This document shows positions 8,642 to 16,304 of a DNA stretch of 64,000 nucleotides, one piece after another; positions within the stretch are counted from its first letter, which is position 1; each line of letters opens with the position of its first letter. Origin of the DNA: Propionibacterium sp. (GTDB lineage Bacteria; Actinomycetota; Actinomycetes; Propionibacteriales; Propionibacteriaceae). The stretch spans positions 1,431 through 65,430 of the forward strand of contig NZ_JBDNTB010000005.1 in assembly GCF_047719395.1 (NCBI RefSeq), read 5' to 3'. The translations under genes and the position numbers were made by a program. Under the pieces are notes generated by a model. The model searched no databases and had not been told where the DNA came from. It saw only the letters and a list, made by a program, of their open reading frames with translations.

Positions 8642-11600
8642 ATGACCGATGACGTGCTCAAGCTGGGTCTTGATGTCGGCTCGACAACGGTGAAAGCCGT
8701 GGTCATGAACAACGGGGAGATCGTCTTCAGCGACTACCGGCGGCACAACGCCGATGTGCGTGGCGAGATGAAGAAGCTCCTGCTCGACATCCGCGACCGA
8801 TTCCCCGACGACGTCTTCCGGGTGGCAATGACCGGTTCGGGCGGGCTCGGCGTGGCACGCCTGATGGGCATCGACTTCCACCAGGAAGTCATCGCAGCCA
8901 CCGCAGCCATCCAGCGACTGAACCCCGACATGGATGTCGTCATCGAGCTCGGCGGCGAGGACGCCAAGATCACCTACCTGCACCCCACCCCCGAGCAGCG
9001 CATGAACGGCACCTGCGCCGGCGGCACCGGAGCCTTCATCGACCAGATGGCCTCGCTGCTGCGCACCGACGCCTCGGGTATGGACGAACTGGCCTCCCAC
9101 TACGAGAATCTCTACCCGATCGCCTCCCGCTGCGGAGTCTTCGCGAAGTCCGATGTGCAGCCGCTGCTCAACCAGGGTGCGGCTCACGCCGACATCGCCG
9201 CCTCGGTTTTCCAGGCCGTTGCCACACAGACCGTCGCAGGGCTCGCCTGCGGGCGCCCCATCCGAGGCCGCGTCATTCTGCTCGGTGGGCCGCTGCACTT
9301 CCTGCCGCAGTTGCGCGCCGCCTTCGAGCGGGTGCTCGGCGACAAGGTGGATGAGTACGTCACGCCCGAGGCCGGCCAGCTCTATGTCGCCATGGGTGCG
9401 GCTTTCCTGGCAGGCGGCCCCGAGCTGTCGCTGCCGCACCTGGCGGCCGAACTGGACTCCGCCAACCAGATCGCGGTGGCGTCCAAGACCATGCGTCCGC
9501 TCTTCCAGGACGCGGCCGAGCGCGCCGAGTTCGACACCCGGCACGCCGCCACCCCGGTGCCCACCGCCGACATCTCGGAGGCCTCCGGCGGGCTCTATCT
9601 CGGCATCGACGCCGGATCCACCACCATCAAGTCGGTGCTGCTCGACGAGCAGGGCCGCATCGTGCACTCCAGCTACGGCTCCAACCAGGGCGACCCGGTG
9701 ACCGCTTCCGTGGGCATCGCGCGCTCCGTGCTCAGCGCACTGCCCGAGGGCGCCACCATTGCCCGGACGTGCATCACCGGTTACGGCGAGGCCTTGGTGA
9801 AGACCGCGCTGCACGCCGACGAGGGTGAGATCGAGACCATGGCGCACTACCGTGCCGCCCGCGCCGTGTGCCCCGAGGTGACCAGCATCGTCGACATCGG
9901 CGGGCAGGACATGAAGTTCCTGCGCATTCGCAATGGGGCCGTCGACTCGATCGCCGTCAACGAGGCCTGTTCCTCGGGTTGCGGCTCCTTCTTGCAGACC
10001 TTTGCCGAAACCATGGGCACCGATGTGCGCAAGTTCGCGCAACTTGGTGCTGCCTCAGATGCGCCAGTGGACCTCGGGTCTCGGTGCACGGTATTCATGA
10101 ACTCCTCGGTGAAGCAGGCCCAGAAGGAGGGTGCCGGCATCGGCGACATCTCCGCCGGGCTGTCCTACTCGGTGGTGCGAAACGCCCTCTACAAGGTGAT
10201 GAAGCTGCGCGACGCCGGGGAACTCGGTGACCACGTGGTGGTGCAGGGCGGGACCTTCCTCAACGATGCCGTGCTGCGCGCCTTCGAACTGCTGACCAGC
10301 GTCGAAGTGACTCGGCCGGCCATCGCCGGTCACATGGGCGCCTACGGTGCCGCGCTCACCGCCACGATGCACGCCGCCCCCGGAGATGTCTCGGCAGTGA
10401 TGTCGCGCAATCTCGATGACTTCAGCTGGAGCAGCAGCCAGCGGGTGTGCCGCCTGTGCCAGAACCGCTGCAAACTCACCGTCACCAGTTTCGACGACGA
10501 TTCGCGGCATGTGTCGGGCAATCGCTGCGAACGCGGTGCCTCGCTGGACCCGCGCCCGGCCAAGTCCGAGGTGCCGAATCTGTACGAGTACAAGTACAAG
10601 CGCTACTTCAACTATCGGCGCCTGGTGGGGGAGAAGGCCACCCGCGGTCAGATCGGTGTTCCGCGTGCGCTCGGCATGTACGAGGACTACCCGCTGTGGT
10701 TCACCGTGCTCACCAAGCTCGGCTTCAGCGTGGTGCTCTCGGGGCGCTCGAACCACAAGCTGTTCGAGTCGGGTATGGAATCGATCGCCTCTGAAAACGT
10801 GTGTTACCCCGCCAAGTTGGCACACGGGCACATCGAGTGGCTGCTCGACCACGGCATTGAGACGATTTTCATGCCGTGCGTGAGCTACGAGCAGCGGCAG
10901 TTCGCGGAGGCTGACAACTCCTTCAACTGCCCCATCGTGGCCTTCTATCCGCAGGTGCTCGCCAAGAATGTGGAGCGCCTGAACCGGCCGGGAGTGCGCT
11001 TCCTGGATCCATTCCTCAACCTCAACAAGCCCGACGTGCTGGCTCGGCGTCTGGTGGAGATCTTCGCCGACTGGCATGTCGGTCTGGTCGAGGCGAAGGC
11101 CGCAGTGGCGGCCGGTTTCGAGGAACTCGACAAGGTGCATGCCGATGTGAAGGCCGAGGGGGATCGGGCGCTGCGGTACATGCGCGAGCACTCGATGCGC
11201 GGCATCGTGCTGGCCGGGCGGCCCTACCACGTGGACCCCGAGGTGAACCACGGAATCCCCGAGGCCATCACCCAGCTCGGCATGGTGGTGCTCAGCGAGG
11301 ATGCACTCACCGCAGGCATGAAGACCACCGGTTTCAAGCGACCGCTTCGGGTGCGCGACCAGTGGGTCTACCACACCCGCCTCTACGAGGCTGCAGGCCA
11401 GGTGCGCGAGATGCCCGATGTGAATCTGGTGCAGCTGAACTCGTTCGGCTGTGGGCTCGACGCGGTGACCACCGACCAGGTGCAGGACATCCTCGAGCAG
11501 GGCGACGATGTGTACACCGTGCTGAAGATCGACGAGGTCTCCAACCTGGGCGCCGCCAAGATCAGGCTGCGCTCCTTGCAGGCGGCTGCCGCGGAACGGC

Positions 11601-13138
11601 CCGGGTCGGCGGAGGTCGACACGGCCGGTCTTGGCGAGGCCAGGGAGGCTGGGGCCTTCGACCGCTCAGATGTTGATACTTCCCATGAGGGTCATATGGG
11701 GGACGGCCAGGCGGCGGCCTCGTCTGGGCATGAGCCGATCACGGTGCCGGCGTCCGTCACCCCGGCGTACACCAAGCAGATGCGCTCCACCCACACCGTC
11801 TACGTGCCTCAGATGGCGCCGCTGCATTTCCGGGCCATCGAGCCGCTGTTCCAGCGCTTCGGCTACCGCATGCAGGTGCTGGAGCATGCCTCCCGCGAGG
11901 ACCTCGAATGCGGCCTCAAGTACGTCAACAATGACGCCTGCTTCCCCGCAATCATGGTGATCGGCCAGCTCATCAACAAGTTCGTCGACGGCGACGCCGA
12001 CCCCGAGCACTCGGTGGTGGGCATCTCCCAGACCGGCGGCATGTGCCGGGCCACCAACTATGTCGGCATGCTGCGCCGTGGCTTGTCGTCGGCCGGTTAT
12101 CCGAACATTCCGGTGCTTGCGATGTCGGCCCAGGGGTTGGAGTCCAATCCCGGGTTCAAGCTCACCTGGTCGCTCGTGCACTCTGCCTTCCAGGGGCTCG
12201 TGTTGATGGATCTGCTGCAGGAGGTGCTGCTGCGGGTGCGTCCCTACGAGCGCGACGAGGGCTCCACGATGGCTCTCTATGAGCGCTGGAGCAGCCTGGT
12301 GAGCGAGTACATGGCGCACCCCAGTCGCTCCGAGATCGAGGGGCGCCGGTTGAGCTTCGGGTGGCTGTGCACCCACATGGTCGCCGAGTTCGATGCGCTG
12401 CCGCTTCTTGACATTCCGCGTAAACCGCGAGTTGGCGTAGTCGGTGAGATCCTGGTGAAATTCCAGCCGGACGCCAACAACAATGTCATCGGTGTCATCG
12501 AGGACGAGGGCTGCGAGGCGGTGCTCCCCGGCCTGCTCGGATTCTTCCTGCAGAGCCTGGCCACCGGTGATTGGCAGTGGGACAACTTCGGGCTCGGCAA
12601 GAACTCACGCCACGTCAAGAAGATGGCGTTGTGGTACATCGAGCGTTTCCAGAGGACCGCGAACAAGGCGCTTGCCGCCGCCAAGGGCAAGTTCGACACA
12701 CCCGAGGACATCCGGACGATGGCCAGGCGTGCCCAGAAGGTGATCTCATTGGGTACCACGGCCGGCGAGGGCTGGCTGCTGGTGGCCGAGATGATGCATC
12801 TCATTGAGTCCGGGTGCCCGAACATCATCTGCGCCCAGCCGTTCGCCTGCCTGCCCAATCACGTGGTGGGGCGCGGTATGTTCAAGCAGCTGCGCGAGCT
12901 GTACCCGGAGGCAAACATCACCTCGATCGACTACGACCCGGGTGCCTCCGAGGTGAATCAGCTGAACCGCATCAAGTTGATGATCGCCACGGCCTTCCAG
13001 AATGTCTCGGATGCCGGTCTTGCCAGGTGGAGCACCGACTTCGACACCGACTCGCCCCTGGGTGGGACGGGTTCGGCCGCGCACTCCTGCGGGCTTCACC
13101 CCGGGACACCGGTCGTGGCCGCCCGGGGACTGAGTTAG
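8642..13138 (+). CDS. Giant fusion: two BcrAD/BadFG/HgdC-type activase ATPase domains plus a 2-hydroxyacyl-CoA-dehydratase (HgdB/D-component)-like region
   Basis: Two actin-fold ATPase starts, LGLDVGSTTVKAVV and LGIDAGSTTIKSVLL, with ELGGEDAKI / DIGGQDMKFL. Cys cluster CRLCQNRCKLTV...GNRCERG. The dehydratase-like C-terminal half follows a low-complexity linker. ATG 8642 has GGAGG upstream. Confidence 0.85.
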   Translation: MTDDVLKLGLDVGSTTVKAVVMNNGEIVFSDYRRHNADVRGEMKKLLLDIRDRFPDDVFRVAMTGSGGLGVARLMGIDFHQEVIAATAAIQRLNPDMDVVIELGGEDAKITYLHPTPEQRMNGTCAGGTGAFIDQMASLLRTDASGMDELASHYENLYPIASRCGVFAKSDVQPLLNQGAAHADIAASVFQAVATQTVAGLACGRPIRGRVILLGGPLHFLPQLRAAFERVLGDKVDEYVTPEAGQLYVAMGAAFLAGGPELSLPHLAAELDSANQIAVASKTMRPLFQDAAERAEFDTRHAATPVPTADISEASGGLYLGIDAGSTTIKSVLLDEQGRIVHSSYGSNQGDPVTASVGIARSVLSALPEGATIARTCITGYGEALVKTALHADEGEIETMAHYRAARAVCPEVTSIVDIGGQDMKFLRIRNGAVDSIAVNEACSSGCGSFLQTFAETMGTDVRKFAQLGAASDAPVDLGSRCTVFMNSSVKQAQKEGAGIGDISAGLSYSVVRNALYKVMKLRDAGELGDHVVVQGGTFLNDAVLRAFELLTSVEVTRPAIAGHMGAYGAALTATMHAAPGDVSAVMSRNLDDFSWSSSQRVCRLCQNRCKLTVTSFDDDSRHVSGNRCERGASLDPRPAKSEVPNLYEYKYKRYFNYRRLVGEKATRGQIGVPRALGMYEDYPLWFTVLTKLGFSVVLSGRSNHKLFESGMESIASENVCYPAKLAHGHIEWLLDHGIETIFMPCVSYEQRQFAEADNSFNCPIVAFYPQVLAKNVERLNRPGVRFLDPFLNLNKPDVLARRLVEIFADWHVGLVEAKAAVAAGFEELDKVHADVKAEGDRALRYMREHSMRGIVLAGRPYHVDPEVNHGIPEAITQLGMVVLSEDALTAGMKTTGFKRPLRVRDQWVYHTRLYEAAGQVREMPDVNLVQLNSFGCGLDAVTTDQVQDILEQGDDVYTVLKIDEVSNLGAAKIRLRSLQAAAAERPGSAEVDTAGLGEAREAGAFDRSDVDTSHEGHMGDGQAAASSGHEPITVPASVTPAYTKQMRSTHTVYVPQMAPLHFRAIEPLFQRFGYRMQVLEHASREDLECGLKYVNNDACFPAIMVIGQLINKFVDGDADPEHSVVGISQTGGMCRATNYVGMLRRGLSSAGYPNIPVLAMSAQGLESNPGFKLTWSLVHSAFQGLVLMDLLQEVLLRVRPYERDEGSTMALYERWSSLVSEYMAHPSRSEIEGRRLSFGWLCTHMVAEFDALPLLDIPRKPRVGVVGEILVKFQPDANNNVIGVIEDEGCEAVLPGLLGFFLQSLATGDWQWDNFGLGKNSRHVKKMALWYIERFQRTANKALAAAKGKFDTPEDIRTMARRAQKVISLGTTAGEGWLLVAEMMHLIESGCPNIICAQPFACLPNHVVGRGMFKQLRELYPEANITSIDYDPGASEVNQLNRIKLMIATAFQNVSDAGLARWSTDFDTDSPLGGTGSAAHSCGLHPGTPVVAARGLS

Positions 13139-13160
13139 GCGGGCGGCCGTGGCCGCCCGG
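13139..13160. terminator. GC-rich hairpin between convergent genes
   Basis: ggcgggcggcc gt ggccgcccgg, immediately after the TAG at 13136-13138 and 7 nt before the convergent stop at 13167. Confidence 0.4.
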
Positions 13161-13166
13161 GATCAG

Positions 13167-14732
13167 TCATTCTCCGATGGGCTGTGATGTCACGGAGAGC
13201 AGACCACGGGCATCGCAGCTGATGCTGATGGTGCGCCGCCACGAGTCGCTGGCTTCAGGGTGATCCGAACGCCGGTGCCAGCCGCGGGTTTCTGGCCTGG
13301 CGATGGCAGCGGCGGCGATCGCACCGCCCACCGTGCGAAGATTGGTGGTCGTGAGGTTCCGCTCGTCGAGCTCATCGTCAGCGGGCAGCCGCGACAGGAA
13401 GTCGAAGGCGCTGCGCAGCCGCTCGTGTTCGCGCACCATGCCGAGGGCGGTGTCGGCTGCGGTGTGGATGCCCTGCAGCGTGCTCACCGGGGTGCACCCA
13501 TCGGGTTCGCGCGGCACAGGTTCACCCGCCGCGGGCAACTGCCCGGATGCCAGCGCCTCACCGACCGCATCACCGGTGACCAGCGCCTGCAGCAGAGACA
13601 CATTGGCCGGGCCCTCGGCGCCCATCGCTCCCGTGCAACTGGCCTCGCCGGCAGCCCGCAGCCCGGGCACCGAGGTTGCGCCATGGGCATCCACCGCGAT
13701 CCCGCCGATCATCGTCTGGGTGGCCAGCCGGACGGGCACCGGCACATGAGCCGGGTCGACACCGTGCTCTCGGCAGGCCCGGGCGGTAGACAAATAGTCA
13801 TCGGAATCCCAGGCGTCCTCGCCGAGAATGCGCGTGTCCAGATAAATATCGCGATGTTTTGCGGCCCGGGCGTCGGCCACCGCGACAGCCAGTTCGCACG
13901 GCGAATGCGGCGGCAGCGACTCCGACCAGATCGGCTGCTGGTCGCCGTCCACCAGATCCGCGCCGTTTCGCCACAGCGTGGAGCCGAGCTCCACCAGGGG
14001 CTCGCCGGGCAGAGCCATCCGGCCCGAGACGGCGAGCGCGGTGGGGGTGAAGAAGACGAACTCCAGGTCTCGCAGGGTGGCACCTGCGCGCAACGCCATG
14101 GCAAGGCCATCGCCGGTGGCGGCCCGCGGCGTGGTGGTGTCTGTCCACAGCTGGCCGGCACCGCCACTGGCCAGCACCACGACGGGCGCCAGGTAGTCGC
14201 CCACAACTCCGTCGCGGCCGAGTACACGCAGTCCCGCCACATGGCCGGATTCGTCGGTCAGCACATCGACGGCCCGGCGGTCGGTGTCGATGCCCAGAGT
14301 GCCCGAGGGCTCGGCGGCCTCGGAGCGAACCAGCGATGACAAGGTGCGATACACCGTCATGCCAGCCGCCTGCCGCGGATCAGGGGTGCTCGGCATGGCT
14401 GCCGCAATGCGGTCGAACTGGTCGAGCACGCGGGGCACAGCATTGAGGAAATCCTTGGCAGCGGTCTGGTCGGCCAGTCCAGCGCCCTCGCGGACAAAGG
14501 CCTCGACGTCCGGCGGGGTGCGCCACTCGTCAAATGGCGAGGTTGCCCAGGCGGTGGCCGATGTGATGAGGCGTTCTCGACTGATCAACACCGAGGGCAC
14601 CCCGGAGGCCAGCAGCCGGGCCGACACGCTGAGGCCTGCAGCGCCGCCACCGACCACCACGACGCCGGTGCGCCGCGTCCACTCCGGCTCAGGCGTGGTG
14701 ATCTGCCGGGCCACTCGCATCGTCGTCGCCAT
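13167..14732 (-). CDS. FAD-dependent oxidoreductase, L-aspartate oxidase/fumarate reductase flavoprotein-like (divergent)
   Basis: Rossmann motif VVVVGGGAAGL. Clear NadB-like blocks VVLASGGAG...TGDGLAMALRAGATLRDLEF and RPETRGWHRRSDHPE. Several canonical catalytic positions appear substituted (see findings). Confidence 0.8.
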   Translation of the reverse strand: MATTMRVARQITTPEPEWTRRTGVVVVGGGAAGLSVSARLLASGVPSVLISRERLITSATAWATSPFDEWRTPPDVEAFVREGAGLADQTAAKDFLNAVPRVLDQFDRIAAAMPSTPDPRQAAGMTVYRTLSSLVRSEAAEPSGTLGIDTDRRAVDVLTDESGHVAGLRVLGRDGVVGDYLAPVVVLASGGAGQLWTDTTTPRAATGDGLAMALRAGATLRDLEFVFFTPTALAVSGRMALPGEPLVELGSTLWRNGADLVDGDQQPIWSESLPPHSPCELAVAVADARAAKHRDIYLDTRILGEDAWDSDDYLSTARACREHGVDPAHVPVPVRLATQTMIGGIAVDAHGATSVPGLRAAGEASCTGAMGAEGPANVSLLQALVTGDAVGEALASGQLPAAGEPVPREPDGCTPVSTLQGIHTAADTALGMVREHERLRSAFDFLSRLPADDELDERNLTTTNLRTVGGAIAAAAIARPETRGWHRRSDHPEASDSWRRTISISCDARGLLSVTSQPIGE

Positions 14733-14782
14733 ATCAGCTCCTGGAAGGCACAGTCGAGGTTCCCGCCCAGCATCCCACAGTG
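14710..14782. repeat. Left copy of the 73-bp direct repeat (contains the SD, ATG and first 7 codons of the nadB-like gene)
   Basis: gccactcgcatcgtcgtcgccatatcagctcctggaaggcacagtcgaggttcccgcccagcatcccacagtg matches 23294-23366 at 67 of 73 positions. Confidence 0.9.
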
Positions 14783-14803
14783 GCTCACCTCAACCCGTCG
14801 ACC

Positions 14804-16237
14804 TCAGCGCTTGTAGTCACCCACCTTGAGCCATCCATCTGAACCAGTCGTCTGGTCGCGGTTGGCGAACCGTACCGGAACCCCGCCATTCACTGGATTC
14901 TTCACCCGCACTGCCAATTCGTAGGTGTCCTTCGGGAGCTTCTCAACCTGGAGGGTCCCCTCTGCCGTGGCCTGCTGACCAGGCTGGATGTTGTCGATCG
15001 AGCGATTGGCGACTGTTGAGGCCACGACATTTCCCGCCTTGTTGAGGAGCGCGATGTCCATTGGCCATGAGTAGTAGAAGGGGGCGACGCCATTGTTCTT
15101 CAGAACCACATCGACATTGATGGGGCCTTGCAGCTCAGTCTTTATGCCGGCCTTTTCTACCTGCATGATGTAGCCCATGGATGCCTCGGACTCGAGAGCG
15201 CTCTGCCGAGAATCACCGCTCACTCCTGGGGCAAAAGCTTGCTGGTTGACGAGCCAGCTGACATGGGACTGCTGAATTGCATAGGACATCCACGGCACAC
15301 AACTCGTCGCCGCAAACAAGCACGATTGACTGTCCGGGTAGACCTCGCCGCCGATTGGAGCCGTTTGCCACTTGTCAAGGGCCCCGGCTGACTTCATCAT
15401 CGAAAGGAAATGCCAACTCTCGGTGGGTAAGGTGGACGGTCCGAACGAATCATCGTGGTAGCCATTGTTCAGTTGGGCATTCCATGTCTCCGGGTAGCGA
15501 GTCAACGTGCGGGTCTTGTGGAAGGAGGAATCCCACTGCTTCGTCAAAGCAACCAGAGTATCTTGATTGGCCAACCAATTCTCCGGGAGGTCCCAGCCAT
15601 TCATGGGATAGGTATGACCCTCACCCCAGAAACCGATCAGCCCCTGCGTGATGAAGCCAATCCGAGGATCGCCATCATAACGTTGCCCCAACGCGGAGAC
15701 CAAGTCCAGCATCATGTTCTTTATTCGGGGATCATCATAATCGGGTGAGAAACTTATGCCATTGTTGTTGTAATCGTCGTAGCGCCGGGTTGTGTCGATT
15801 CCCTCGTCGATCAAATACTGCGGCACGCCTGTTTCACGGCCAGGATAGTCCAGATACAGGCGAAATACGGATTGGTGTCCTCGGGCGGCGATGGCGTTGA
15901 GTTGTGCGTCGAGGGCAGTCCAGTCGTACTGCTTCTCGCCCTTGACGATGGCATTGACAGGTAGATAGAACCATTCCATCGAATAGGGAAGTGCATCTTC
16001 ACTGAACCCGGGTGGTGAGTTCGGATCCGGAGCAAATGGAATGTATCCCTTCAACGCCGTCTCGGCTGGCGGAGCTGCAGTGGGAACATTTGTCCAAGTT
16101 GTCGGCAAATATCGGCTGATAAAAATTCCGCTTGTTAAAGCGACAACTATCAAGATAGCGAATATCACCCACCTTCGAGCAGAGACCTGGTGGTTTGTTG
16201 AGGTCTTCTCAACGGCTGAGGCGGTGTCGCTGTCCAT
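14804..16237 (-). CDS. Membrane-anchored glycoside-hydrolase-like protein (DUF4832-type), paralog 1
   Basis: N-terminal TM anchor WVIFAILIVVALTSGIFI. Blocks shared with paralog 2: ALPYSMEWFYLPVNA, VFRLYLDYPGRETGVPQYLID, GFWGEGHTYPMNG, NGVAPFYYSWPM. Confidence 0.75.
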   Translation of the reverse strand: MDSDTASAVEKTSTNHQVSARRWVIFAILIVVALTSGIFISRYLPTTWTNVPTAAPPAETALKGYIPFAPDPNSPPGFSEDALPYSMEWFYLPVNAIVKGEKQYDWTALDAQLNAIAARGHQSVFRLYLDYPGRETGVPQYLIDEGIDTTRRYDDYNNNGISFSPDYDDPRIKNMMLDLVSALGQRYDGDPRIGFITQGLIGFWGEGHTYPMNGWDLPENWLANQDTLVALTKQWDSSFHKTRTLTRYPETWNAQLNNGYHDDSFGPSTLPTESWHFLSMMKSAGALDKWQTAPIGGEVYPDSQSCLFAATSCVPWMSYAIQQSHVSWLVNQQAFAPGVSGDSRQSALESEASMGYIMQVEKAGIKTELQGPINVDVVLKNNGVAPFYYSWPMDIALLNKAGNVVASTVANRSIDNIQPGQQATAEGTLQVEKLPKDTYELAVRVKNPVNGGVPVRFANRDQTTGSDGWLKVGDYKR

Positions 16238-16266
16238 GATTGTTAACGATACGCCAAGGCTTCACG

Positions 16267-16298
16267 GTGTGCCCATCGTCCTTCCAATCAGGGCACAC
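16267..16298 (-). terminator. Hairpin between the two paralogs
   Basis: Perfect 8-bp arms gtgtgccc / gggcacac with a 16-nt loop, 7 nt downstream of the stop at 16305. Confidence 0.3.
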
Positions 16299-16304
16299 AT
16301 TCAG

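Noticed and set aside
8537-11374. Long antisense ORFs (501 aa at 8537-10042 and 439 aa at 10055-11374), opposite the giant activase/dehydratase gene
   Set aside because: These are typical high-G+C artefacts. The translations are Gly/Arg/His/Val-rich with no family motifs, whereas the sense strand has clear ATPase and dehydratase motifs. The same reasoning applies to 23271-24893, 35509-36609, 37225-38625, 39506-40534, 43337-44173, 58544-59515, 59546-60802 and 60768-61778 on the minus strand, and to 28675-30636 and 28061-28984 on the plus strand.
13114-13161. 14-nt direct repeat cgtggccgcccggg (13114-13127 and 13148-13161)
   Set aside because: The second copy is one arm of the intergenic terminator hairpin and the first lies in the gene's 3' end. 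The repeat is too short and GC-biased to interpret further.
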